Made by a program: the position numbers and the translations under genes. DNA of 47,715 bases, the filler included, from Dirinaria sp. TL-2023a (lineage: Eukaryota): assembly GCA_051941275.1 (NCBI GenBank). It is 2 parts of 2 records of this genome, joined end to end, with 100 filler letters (N's around TTAATTAATTAA, not from the genome) between each part and the next. Parts side by side here need not be neighbours in the genome. Positions count along the whole stretch, not along the records: positions 1 to 23,838 come from JAVEBF010000197.1; 1 more part is not named here. One strand, written 5' to 3'. The notes under the pieces are model-generated. The model worked only from the letters and a program-made list of their open reading frames with translations, was not told the DNA's origin and made no database searches. Of this stretch, positions 11,010 to 23,293 are shown piece by piece; position 1 is the stretch's first letter; each line of letters begins with the position of its first letter.

Positions 11010-14000
11010 ATGGCACTCAACGCGGCTTCTCATAATTCAAGTAACTCTTCTCGTCAAAACACCAATGTACCCTCAGTATGCTGACATACTTCCGATTTAG
11101 CTGGGGAGAAAACGGGTCCAATATCTGGCCAACCGCCGGCTGCATCCTCCGAAACGACCGCAGCATTGCTTGGGGCCGCGAAGGATGATCCGATGGGTCA
11201 GCATCAGGGTGGGCATGATGGGCCGGACAAGGAAGCAGAGAAGAAAGTGAAAAGCGAGAAGCAGCGTACGGACCCTGACTAGCTAGAGCTCTTGTACGGC
11301 TAGACTATGATAATGGCAATTAATTTTCTGACTTGTGCTGTAGTCGAGAAAGAGCGTAAGCAAGCTGAAAAGAATGCAAAATTTGCTGCCAAAAAGGCAA
11401 AAGCTGCCGAGACTGCTTCTGCTGCCCCAGCCACGTCCAAAACCAAAGAGAAAAAAAGCAAGCAAGACGCTTCCAAGGAAGAGTCATTACCAGACTATGT
11501 GGAGGAAACGCCGCCTGGACAAAAAAAGTGTAAGTTCGACAGATCGCATATACCAGATAGTGTATCGGCCAGTTGACTTCTTTAGTCTTGAAACCGCTCG
11601 ACGATCAGTTTCACAAAGCTTACATTCCGAAAGTAGTAGAGTCGGGATGGTATTCGTGGTGGGAGAAGCAAGGCTTTTTCGAGCCAGAGTTCGTGGACGG
11701 CAAAGTGAAGAGTGAGGGCTACTTTGTAATATCAGAGCCACCTCCAAATGTGACAGGAGCTCTTCACATGGGCCACGCGTTACCCAACGCTTTACAAGAC
11801 ACGATGATACGTTGGAATCGGATGCGAGGATTGACGACACTGTGGCTTCCTGGTTGCGACCATGCGGGCATATCCACCCAGAGCGTAGTAGAGAATATGC
11901 TTTGGAGAAGAAAGGGACAGACGAGGTATGACCTAGGTCGTAAGAAGTTTGTGGAGACCGTGTGGGACTGGAAAGAAGAGTACCATCAAAAGATCAATAG
12001 TGTACTCAAGCGGATGGGAGGATCCTTTGACTGGACCAGGGAAGCTTTCACCATGGACGATAATTTATCAGCTGCCGTTACCGAGACTTTCGTTCAATTA
12101 CACGAAGAAGGCATCATTTACAGAGCAAACCGCTTGGTCAATTGGTGCACCAAGCTTAATACAGCTCTATCAAACCTGGAAGTCGACAACAAGGATATCG
12201 AAGGTCGCACCCTTCTAGAAGTACCTGGCTATGAGAGGAAGGTTGAATTTGGCGTGCTTACCCACTTTTATTATGAGATTGATGGTACGGACGGCAAGGA
12301 AAAGATCGAGGTTGCAACAACACGTCCAGAGACCATGCTTGGCGATAGCGGAATTGCTGTGAACCCGAAAGATGAGCGGTACCAACATCTTGTAGGCAAG
12401 AAGGCCAAACACCCCTTTATAGACCGCCTGATGCCCATCTTCACCGATGACTATGTGGATCCGGAATTTGGGACCGGTGCGGTCAAAATCACGCCGGCTC
12501 ATGATCCGAACGACTTTACCCTGGGACAGCGACACAATCTCAAGTTCATTAACATATTGAACGATAATGGCACAATGAACCACAACACAGGCAACTTCGA
12601 GGGGTTGAAGAGATTCGACGCCCGTTACAAAGTCATCGATGCATTGAAAGAAAAAGGGCTGTATGTGAAATGGGAGAACAATCCTATGAAGGTCCCCCTT
12701 TGCTCTAAATCAAAGGATGTTATCGAGCCTTTGATGAAACCGCAATGGTGGATGCGCATGCGAGATCTTGCAGACGCAGCCGTCAAGGCGGTCAAGGATG
12801 GCGAGATCAAAATTAGGCCCGAGAATGCCGAGAAGAGCTACTTCCGATGGCTTGAAGGTATCAATGACTGGTGCCTATCAAGGCAACTGTGGTGGGGCCA
12901 TCAAGCTCCTGCATACTTTGTTGAGATCAATGGCGAGCCTAGTGATGATTCCGACGGAGAACGGTGGGTTACAGGCAGGACTCAGGAGGCTGCTAAGGAG
13001 AAGGCAAAGGCCAAATTTCCCGGCAAACAGATCTCACTGCGACGAGACGAAGACGTACTAGATACCTGGTTCTCATCCGGACTGTGGCCGTTCTCAACTC
13101 TCGGTTGGCCAAAGGAAACACATGATATGCAGACGCTCTATCCAACCTCTGTACTTGAAACAGGCTGGGACATCCTTTTCTTCTGGGTTGCTCGAATGAT
13201 CATGCTGGGCATCAAAATGACCGGGCAGGTACCGTTCAGAGAGGTATATTGCCATTCGTTGGTACGGGACTCTGAGGGCCGAAAGATGTCGAAGTCACTG
13301 GGAAACGTCATAGATCCACTGGACGTGATGGAAGGCATCGAGCTGCAGGCTTTACATGACAAATTGAAAGTAGGCAACTTGGACCCGAAAGAGCTTGCCA
13401 CTGCCACCAAATTCCAGAAGGCCTCATTCCCAGATGGAATACCGGAGTGTGGAGCGGACGCTCTTCGATTTTCACTCATCTCCTATACTACTGGAGGTAC
13501 GTCTAAAAAATTGGTGATCGGAGAGGTGCAAGACTAACCTTCGAGTAGGCGGAGATATTAATTTTGACATCAAAGTGATGCACGGCTACCGGCGTTTCTG
13601 CAATAAAATCTACCAAGCAACCAAGTATGTGCTTGGACGACTACCTTCCACGTTCCAACCTCAAGGGCATTCTGCGTGCCCCACGCCAAAGAACACGCTT
13701 GCAGAGCGCTGGATCCTTCATAAGCTTGCCATTGCATCGCAAGAAATCAACGCTGCGCTCACAGATCGTGAATTCAGTAACGCCGCCGGAGTTGTTTACG
13801 CATTTTGGTATAACCACCTATGCGACGTATATATTGAGAATTCAAAGGCTATCCTCTCCTCAGGCTCTGCCGAGGAGCAAGAGTCGGCATTACAGACGCT
13901 CTACACAGCCCTCGAGCGAGCGTTGACAATGATACATCCCTTCATGCCCTTCCTGACCGAAGAGCTCTGGCAGAGACTTCCACGACGGCCTGGGGACAAT

Positions 14001-14564
14001 ACTCCCAGCATAGTCAAGGCGGCATATCCTGTCTATGAGCAAGAAATGGATGACCCAGCTTCCGAAGAAGCATATGAATTGCTACTCGAAGTCTCGAAAG
14101 GGATACGCTCTTTGACTGCTGAATACGCTATCAAAGATTCCGCCGAGGTCATTATTCAGCTGTTCGACGACAAGTCACTCAAAACCTGCACCGACGAACT
14201 TGCCTCGATTCGCTCCCTCTCCGGAAAAGCAATCATTTCCGGCGGCAAAGTCTCAATCATCTCCCGTCATGACGCAAAACCTATAGGGTCTGTTGTCAGT
14301 CCCGTGAACGCGTCGGCATCTGTGTTTTTGAAGGTAACGGGCCGGATCGATATTGATGCTGAAATAGACAAGGCGAGAAAGAAGATGAATACAGCTAGTG
14401 AAAGCGCGAAGAAACAACGAGCCATGGTCTTGGACGAAGACTGGAAGAAGAAGGCTCTCGTCAGCGTCCAGGAATCCGAGAAAAAGAAGCTTGAAAATCT
14501 TGAGGCCGAGATCAGAGAGTTGGAGGAGAGTATTGGCAGGTTTGAAACACTCAAGTTAGAATAA
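11010..14564 (+). CDS. VAS1: Valyl-tRNA synthetase (5 exons; cytosolic start shown)
   Basis: [13 protein letters not shown] (HIGH), [52 protein letters not shown] and KMSKS motifs; anticodon-binding domain and C-terminal coiled coil. Four GT-AG introns, the first at 11041-11100. Confidence 0.96.
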
Positions 14565-14664
14565 AATTTTATGGGTCAATAGAATAAGGTAGCCGGGGAA
14601 AGCCCTTACTTGATAGCTGTTGCAGTCACTAGTGAGATAATTGATTAGCAGTAACAATTGATCT

Positions 14665-15501
14665 TCACGGCTTTCTGGCCAGGACTCGCAATCTCACATA
14701 GCCCAGCCACATGCTGTTGTCCTCTTCGTGGGTGAGGATCGTGCTCAGGACGTCGCACACCTCTTTGATAGCCGCCTCTCGCTTGTCCACCGAACTTAAG
14801 GTCTCCAATATCAGGGCTCCCATCAACCTTACCCACCCTTCAATGCCACCCTCCTTCTCCGTCGTCAGCCGCGTAGGTCGATACTGCAGCTCAGACCTCT
14901 GCACCATAAACCCGATCCCCTCAAGCAATTGCTTCATGAGCGCTTCCGACGGGAAGAACCACGGAACCGCTTCCCGAGCGCGCTCAATGCTCACCCCCTG
15001 ATGCACGACAGCCGCCAAAAGCGCCGCATGCACCTCAGCGACGTTGCCCGCCCCGCCGGTCTCAAAAGCAAACGTGCCACCCTTCTCCAGCGCTCTGAAC
15101 GCGCCGCGCAGGACCGATTCCCGCGTTGCCGGATCTCGCAAGATCCAATGCAGTGCCGCGTTCGAAAAAACCTTCGTATACGCTTCCGTTTCCACGGCTG
15201 CGCAATCCTCGACGTACCTGCAGTCCTGCACCTGCCACGACAGCCCGCTGGTCGTCGAACCGTAGCTTTGGCACGCCGCGCTGATCATGTTCGGCGACGA
15301 ATCAAGGGCTGTGATGCAGGCGCAGTGCTCTTTGATCTTGACTGACAGGGCGCCATCTCCGCAGCCGAGGTCGAGGATGTGGTCTGTTGGCTGCGGGTCT
15401 AGCCAGCTTACGATCTTATCGGTGAGCTTGGGAACGAAGGATGCGGAAGCGGAATAGGCCTCGCCAGTCCAGTGGTCTTTTTTTGAAGGTGGATCTGACA
15501 T
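14665..15501 (-). CDS. Class I SAM-dependent methyltransferase (trans-aconitate MT-like)
   Basis: Intronless 278-aa ORF with motif I ILDLGCGDG, ALDSSPNMI, and VFSNAALHWI. Confidence 0.92.
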   Translation of the reverse strand: MSDPPSKKDHWTGEAYSASASFVPKLTDKIVSWLDPQPTDHILDLGCGDGALSVKIKEHCACITALDSSPNMISAACQSYGSTTSGLSWQVQDCRYVEDCAAVETEAYTKVFSNAALHWILRDPATRESVLRGAFRALEKGGTFAFETGGAGNVAEVHAALLAAVVHQGVSIERAREAVPWFFPSEALMKQLLEGIGFMVQRSELQYRPTRLTTEKEGGIEGWVRLMGALILETLSSVDKREAAIKEVCDVLSTILTHEEDNSMWLGYVRLRVLARKP

Positions 15502-16742
15502 TGAGATCCTGATCTCACTAAGGTACCTATCTTAGTGCTGACGTAGTTCCCGGTCGCTTGGAAACTGTTCACGAGCGTCTCACGTGTCTTCCTCGGCTCG
15601 GTCCTTTCTGAGATTCACTAAGGTATGATACTTGCAACTACATGACGATGAAACCCTCCTAGCAGCAACTGATCTACTCGTACTACGATCAACTAGAGGA
15701 GGTAGGTCTATACGGCGTGGTTGCGGTATCTTTGCGCAGAAGATCATCCCAATACATAAATAAAGTGACCGACCTTCGCCCGAGTGGCTGCATCGCCCTT
15801 GATGCACCTTCTTTATTCGTCCCTTAGCTGCTCATCGTGGTAGTATTGCTGTTGGGACTCTGACAATCTTGTCGCTTTACAGTCGAGCAGAAATTACCGT
15901 CGGTCATCAGGCATTTCAGTGCAGTCAATGAAAACAGTCAAGCATTCGAGGGGTCAGGATGCTTTTCCCCAAGCCGACGATCAGCTTTTTGGCCCTTTTA
16001 GGTGCCGTTTAGATAATGTGGTCAGCAGCACTACTGTACAGTACACCGTCCGGAGACTTTTTGCTCTATTACTCGCATAATCTTCCATCCTCGCCTAGGA
16101 CAGGCTTGCGTCTTTAAGATGTATTTAACGCCTCGGCCTTCTTAACGCCTTCGCCACACTCGATATGGACCTCGCTCGAACTTAATCCGGCCGGCAGCTA
16201 ATATACTTACCTTACCTTAACAGTGGACGTACTACGTAGAGGTCGGGGGAACTCTAAGTAAGATTTTCGCGTGTCTCGGGGAGCTGTTGAAAGCTACCGT
16301 ACTTCATGGCTTGAACGTGACTGCCTCCAGCCCATTGGCCTAGGTACCTACTTTAAGACTTTCTCCTGAGTAAGGTAAGGTAAGGTACTTTAGGTACCTT
16401 GAAGTATTATTATTCGCTCTTGAGAACCTGAAGTTCACATTGGCAGACTCTTGCAAAAGAGCATCGACGTCATCCGGCATGACTCGCATCCTTGACTGGG
16501 CAATGTTCTGTGTAACAGCAGATCAACTGGATGCATGGTACAGCTTCTCATTGGACCCTCTGTAGGAGGTGGGCACACACCAATTGTTGGACCGCTCTGT
16601 CCTCGGGCTACACCAGTCGTCCAGTTGTCCACCGTCATTGGGTTTACCAGGGATGTGAGTCGTTCATCTCACGTGCTAAGTCGTCAAGCAGTCTCAGGCA
16701 GTCACCCACCCCCCTCGACCCTTTCTAGTATCGTCTTGGGGT

Positions 16743-16937
16743 GCGGAGGGGGAGCTCCACTCCAAAATGGTGGAATCTCCGCCTTGTCTGGGCAGATCGG
16801 CGTTCCTCAGAATCAAGCAGTCAGGGTATTCGTAGTCTCGTGCTCGTACTCGTACCTTACTAAGGTAAGGTAGTATCTTCAAATTGAACCGGATCTACAC
16901 TACCTTACTCCACTCTATATGAAGGCCATCCCCCCGC
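16743..16937. promoter_or_regulatory. Cluster of SYGGRG (CreA/Cre1-type) sites and a TATA-like element upstream of the hexose transporter
   Basis: GCGGAG 16743, CTCCAC 16755, CTCCGC 16777, CTCCAC 16908, CCCCGC 16932, and TATATGA at 16916. Consistent with carbon-catabolite control of a glucose transporter, but the motif is short and degenerate. Confidence 0.35.
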
Positions 16938-17077
16938 CCTTCTACTTCCTTTACACCTAAGTGTTTGCGATGTGGTGACTGCTGCTCAACACTTTTGATT
17001 CTCTCCTTATTTCTAGTCTCTACCTTACCTACCGTGTCACTCCCTTCCCATCTTCCTCTTCCCCCCGCTCATCCATC

Positions 17078-19277
17078 ATGGGTCTCATGATCAAGAAGCC
17101 CGAGCATGTGGCTGGCTCGGCAGCGCCGGCCATCATTGTCGGGCTGTTTGTCGCTTTTGGCGGTATCCTGTATGGGTGAGTTGGGACTGCCAGCATCTAA
17201 CAGCCACATGCGAGCCGATCTAAGAAAACATATGTTAGGTACGACACGGGTACCATTGGTGGGATCCAGGCCATGAAATATTGGCGTAGATTATTCTCCA
17301 CAGGCTACGTCAATCCGAAAGATAATTATCCCGATGTTACTGCGAGTCAGTCCTCAGAAATTGTGTACGTACTGGTTGCCCTCTGGTTCACTGCTTCTCC
17401 TTGGTCACCGCGAAGAGCTGGAAGAGATGTCTCGCGAGTGAAGCCCTTGATTCACGGTCTCCGATATTCTTGAAGCTCCATGGAGAGCGTGTGCTGATCC
17501 AGTGGTTCTCAAGTTCCATACTATCAGCTGGAACGTTCTTCGGCTCCCTTTCCGCGGCGCCAATGGGCGATTTCTTCGGTCGTCGGTTAGGGCTGATTCT
17601 GTCGAATTTCGTCTTCATATTCGGTGTGATACTCCAGACTGCTGCCACAGCGATACCTCTCTTCGTTGCTGGGCGATTCTTCGCCGGTTTCGGCGTGGGC
17701 CTCATTTCTGCGCTTGTCCCCATGTACCAGTCAGAGACGGCCCCGAAATGGATCCGTGGCGCTGTCGTGGGCTGTTATCAACTCGCCATCACCATAGGCT
17801 TGCTGCTTGCTGCCATTGTTGACAATTCCACCGGGGACCGAGACGACACTGGGTCATATCGCATCCCGGTTGCGGTACAGTTCGCCTGGGCTATCATACT
17901 GATCGTGGGAATGCTCATCCTACCCGAAACCCCTCGGTTTCATGTTAGGAAGGGCCACAACGAGAAGGCTGCGAAGTCCCTCTCCAGACTGCGCAGACTG
18001 GACGTCGATCACCCTGCGCTGGTGGAGGAATTGTCTGAAATCCATGCCAATCACGAATATGAGCTCAGTTTGGGCCAAGCCACATATCTTGACTGCTGCA
18101 AAGGCACGCTAGGGAAACGGCTGCTGACAGGTTGCTTGCTGCAAAGCCTCCAACAATTAACTGGTAAGTTCCTTTCTCAATCTACGAACCCAGTTCGCAC
18201 CTCCTTATCGCTAGTATCGGTGCTGTCATGGATCTCCTTTAGGACATACCGGGCTTCCATTGCAAGAGGTCATTCCATATTAGGTTTAGTACATTTGCCG
18301 GCCCGATATACCCGGCTCTCCAGCTTTTCGCATTCTCAATATCTACCCCTTTTTAGTGTTCTCCATGACCTGGTCTATGCATGAGTGATTCCTACACGGC
18401 AAGCTAACTTCTCTTTATGCGTCAATTTTATTTTTTATTACGGGACTCAGTTCTTCACGAATTCCGGCATCAGCAACTCGTTCATCGTCACCGTCATCGT
18501 CAACGTTGTCAATGTCTGCTCAACCTTCCCCGGGCTATATCTAGTGGAAAAATGGGGCAGACGGCCTTTGCTTCTCTCCGGTGCTGTGGGCATGTTTGTC
18601 TGTCAATATATTGTTGCTATTGTTGGCACAGCAGACCAATCTCAAGTGGCGAACAAGGTGCTCATTGCCTTCGTCTGCGTCTACATCTACTTCTTTGCGT
18701 CGAGCTGGGGCCCTGTAGCATGGGTTGTCACAGGCGAATTATTTCCCCTCAAGGTACGTCTTTGCCAGTCATCTCATGTGTCATATACTTGGCAAAGCAT
18801 TTGCGAACAATATTCTCCAAGCCTCGAAGTCATCTACGTGCAGGCCAATATTGACTCGGCGAAAATAAATAGGCTCGTGCTAAATGCCTCTCGATGACGA
18901 CGGCATCCAATTGGCTCCTTAATTGGGCCATTGCCTACGCAACGCCGTATATGGTGAACGCGGGTCCCGGCAACGCGAACCTGCAATCGAAGGTATTCTT
19001 CATCTGGGGAGGCTTCTGCCTCATTTGTGCCTTCTTTGTATGGGGAATGATATACGAGACCAAGGGTCTATCGTTAGAGCAGGTCGACGAGCTGTATGCG
19101 AAGGTTAGCAAAGCGTGGCAGTCGAAAGGCTTCGTTCCCACAGTCTCCTTCCAAGAGGTACAGGACCTCGGGGTCAGTGCGCGCTCGCAGTCCTTAGCGG
19201 ACATGGAGGCGGGCGCTGAACGCAAGAAGTCGGTCGCCGGTGAAATTCTGGAACACTCGGAAAAGTATGAGGTGTAA
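17078..19277 (+). CDS. MFS sugar porter, high-affinity glucose transporter-like (MstA/RCO-3-related; 5 exons)
   Basis: FGGILYGYDTG, DFFGRRLG, GRFFAGFGVG, YQSETAPKWIRG, PETPR, LQQLTG[V]NFIFYYG, VEKWGRR, SWGPVAWVVTGE and YETKGLSLEQVD motifs. Intron 3 (18164-18418) needs a non-AG acceptor (see findings). Confidence 0.93.
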
Positions 19278-21084
19278 AGATATTTGCCGGGCAATGACGA
19301 TTTTCAGTTCGCCTCTGTGAATGATGATTAGATAACGGGATAATTCTGAAGATGATGAGCCAACGTCAGTGCATCACTTAGTGCTTTGGGCGCCACGAAA
19401 GTATCGCTCTTCGAAACCACCAGCATATTGACATTGCTAGCCACATTTCCAATGGAGGATTGCATCCGTCATCAATCTAAAACTGTACTTATTATTCATC
19501 ATGAGAGTGGGACGGGTGCAAACGTGTAAGAGTCTCTCTGCCCTCCGTTTGCAGTCTTGCGTCTAGAGAGTAGTGCGCTCCGTGCCTCAGTGCGGGAGTA
19601 GCCGTGCTATCTAACAATATTCTATTATTGCAGGATTGACTTTGACAAGTACTTTATTTCTGACTCCCGTACATAAGGTACGAGTACATACCTTTAGACC
19701 TGAGACTGAGAGACCAAGAGACCACGCGACCTTGAAAGCGGAAAGCGGGGAAACGAAGAATCGTCTGCAGGGTCTCGGTGTGCATTAATGTGCATCTGCA
19801 TTCAAATGCAAGTACCCGCCTTAGCGGTATAATTCTACCTTTTAAACCCCAGCAAAGTTTCCCCCTATTTCGTAAATGGGGATTTTCATCGCCAATTGCA
19901 GGCTTATCGACGCGCGTGAGGTGGGTTTCACCACAGCAGTAAGGTACCCCAGTGACGTTTACCTGGTAATACAGTAGATCCAACAAAACCACAAGCACTT
20001 GAACGAAGTCTTCATCTTTGCAGGGTTGGTAATGATGCATAATAATGCCGTTCACCTTGCATCGAGAATTGCTTGTGTCGGATAGAGTATCTTACATTCA
20101 AAGGTAGGCAATAATAATGTACACCTAAATGTACCTTAGAGTCATGTACCTTATACAGCACCCGACCACTAGATCTACATACCTTATCTAGCTCGATTGG
20201 CGCTGGTGCCGGGGCACGCACTCCAAACCGAAACTGAGATGAACCAGTATAGGACGGTCGATGCTTGGCAGTCCAACACGTTACATAAACCAAACACCGC
20301 TGCGCCAGTCAACGGTCGAAGGCTTATCATCCCTCTAACTGCTACCTTATCTTCCTTTGCAAAATAACCCTCGGGGCCCTATCAGCTTCGCGCTATACCT
20401 GGTCCGCAAAGCCCAGGTGAGCCTGCCAGCCTGCCAGCCTCCGTCTCCCCTGCTTGGACCACCACGCGATTTCATCTGGATTAGCAAAAATTTACGTCTT
20501 GAAAATGTCGACTCGACACCACAAGCAGGACACCCGCCTGTGCGGTGTTGTTCCGATCGCCAATATTGATATCACCGCCTGCCCAAGTCGACATGATCTT
20601 CCTCAAGATTATCGTCGCTGCGTCCGGAGGGAGCTTCTTATAGCAAGAGTAGAGACGGAAGCTGGCATAGGTCCCACCGAATATCTATGATACCTCTCGA
20701 ACATCCGGTGGAGATAATGAACGGATCCATGGCCACAAGCACCATAGAATATCCAAATCTCCTACGACCAATTGCCGGTTCCCCAAGCGCGTGATTTTGC
20801 TTATTCGTACCGCGAACCCCCTTCGCCAATCCGTGCTGTGAAGAGCGTATATGTAAGGTAGCATTTCCAGATTTTGATCTCTCATGTTGGCGAAGCCAGT
20901 AGATTTGTTTTCTTCTTGCACGGCGGACGTCTTACCTACCTAATGGGAAGCCGGCCCCAAAACAGTTCGATGCAACTCTGACCTTGGAACGAGCTAATTC
21001 CGATTTGCAGCATCTCCGACTGGAGAGTGCAACGTTTCACAAACACTACTGCCTTCTGGTGAAACCAAAGTTTTGAGAGTCCGC

Positions 21085-23293
21085 ATGATGACCGCTGCAG
21101 TCATGCCTCACCCACCACTCTTACCAGCAGGCTCGCCCATGACTCCCGGAGCGCCACTCGCAGCGGCGCCGTCGACCAGCATCGGCTCGAAGGTGAAATC
21201 GACACCATCGGCAAAGGACAACAAGATTCCTCGAGGACGTAGGGAACGGCCTTGTGATGCTTGTCGACGTAGGAAGAGCAAGTGCGTCACTACAGAAGGC
21301 CAAAGCAAGACTTGTGCCGCTTGCGGTGTTCACGGACAGGAATGTACCTATCTAGAGGACCCTCAACCCAGGAAGCGGCGGCTTGATAACGAGGGAAAAG
21401 ACTCGGACTTGTCAAAGCGAAGATCGGTATCGGGAAAGTAAGTAATACAAATCCAGTGTAAAGGCTGCTCTCATCTTTGTCTCCAGCTCCGCCTTCACTG
21501 AGCGACGCTCCAAAAATTCCACCAGAGAAACGTCTGTAATCAAAACAGAAGGGGAATCGAACGCGGCTTCGATCAGTCCAGCAACGTCACCCACGGAGAG
21601 TTCCAGTTCCCGTTCTCAACACCATGGAACTCATATCGGATATACAACTGAGCTTGAGCCTATGCTTTTTGATTTGTCTCCGGAAACGACGATGACTAGT
21701 CAAGGCACGGGCTATCAGAAGACTGACGAACGCAATGCCTTTCTCATTCCTGAAGCCGATGATCCCGCGTCAACTGAAACCAACCACGCCGACTTGCAGC
21801 AAATTCTTCAGATCGTCGGCTCTCACGTTTCGACCCTTGTCCAAGTGTTTTGCAGTGTGATCAACCGCAGCTTACCAATCGTACCGGACACTTTCTTCGA
21901 TTTCCATGGCAGCTCCCCTTGGATGGGTGCTGATCCTGCATTGCTTGCTACGGTGTTTGCGCTTGCTGCAATGTCGCATACCAAGCCAATTTTGTATCCA
22001 GGCGACATTGAGAGGCTTGAAGAAATCGGATTTCGATCATTCGGTGTTGCGTTGCTCAGACCTACCCTCTCAACAATACAAGCCGGAATCCTGTTGATGC
22101 AATGCCCAGATGTCGATTCAAAGACTTTGAACACTCAGTTGGTGGGTGTCGCTTACGAACTCGGCCTCCACCTGGATTGCTCAGCCTGGTCCATAACAAG
22201 AGAGGAGCGCATGCTTCGAAGACGTCTAGGGTGGGCTTTGTACACGCAAGACAAATGGTGTTCCTTGATACATGGCCGGCCGTCGTTAATTTCCAAAGAT
22301 CACTGGGGCGTCACACCGCTCAATCAAGATGACTTCCCCGAGGACGAAACCATGGACGAGCAATTCTCCCAAGACATAAAGCGCGGGAGGGAACTCTTTA
22401 CGCAAATGGCAGCGCTCACCGGCGTTCTGTCAATCGTCCTCGAAACTTTTTACACACTCAAATCCATACAGGAGGTCGACCATGCTGGCCAAAATGGCAC
22501 AAGGCTAATTCTCGAGAAGGCGAAACCTGTTCAAATCAGGCTCAAGGAGTGGTTCACTAATCTTCCCGTCAGTCTCAAATTAGACGAGAACATTAATGGC
22601 AAACCTTCATCAACGGGCCACCTTCACCTCGCCTATTTTGCAACAGAGATCACTTTGCATCGCTGCATTATTCGGTCACTCACCTCCAACAATGCAGATT
22701 CTTACCTCACACATGTATGTCGGTCTGCCGCGAAGACCCGCCTGATATCGGCCATGGACTTTGTCAATCGTCTTCGCCCGGTACACTTGAGTTCGTTCTG
22801 GTACTTCCCTTCAAGGGTCAACTTCGCCCTCATTGGCACTTTCGGTAGCCTGTTGCTTGCGACAGCTCCCTGCCAGGAAGAGGCTGAGTTCTATCGCACC
22901 CGCCTATCGGAATATCGATGGACTCTGTGTGTGAGCAGCAAAGACGCCAGTTTCCTCACTTTCGCCATATCCTCGCTCGATGCGTCCGCAAACCTTCTCA
23001 AAGGTCTTCCACCGAAACCTTCCACCTCCGAGCTCACCGCAGAGCAGCCACAGATTATTGGACCCACGCCACGGCTCTCTCCACCCCAGGATGAAATCAT
23101 GGTGGACGAACAGCCTTTGCATCTGGGCCAACTTCGCGGCTTAGCCCCTGCTGATGGCACCAATTCCGGGTTGATTTCTCCTTCCACGTCGACTTTGAGC
23201 GATTCGCCTACGCAAGAGGCGTACGTAAGTTCCTTTATACATCCCGGTGATGGTTCGGGTGATGCTGGGATTTGGACCGGTCGGCCTTTCTAG
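21085..23293 (+). CDS. Zn(II)2Cys6 transcription factor with fungal middle-homology region, DAL81/TamA-like
   Basis: CDACRRRKSKC...CAAC...C binuclear cluster. Intron 21438-21486 joins it to ORF 21662-23293. The segments RRRLGWALYTQDKW..LIHGRP, HLAYFATEITLHR and RLISAMDFVNRL...FWYF resemble TamA/Dal81. Orthologue versus paralogue is not resolved. Confidence 0.88.

Noticed and set aside
18245..18400. H/ACA snoRNA or stwintron explanation for the long transporter intron
   Set aside because: ANANNA and ACA matches are trivial and the best stem spans the putative hinge. No internal intron whose removal would create an AG at the exon boundary was found.
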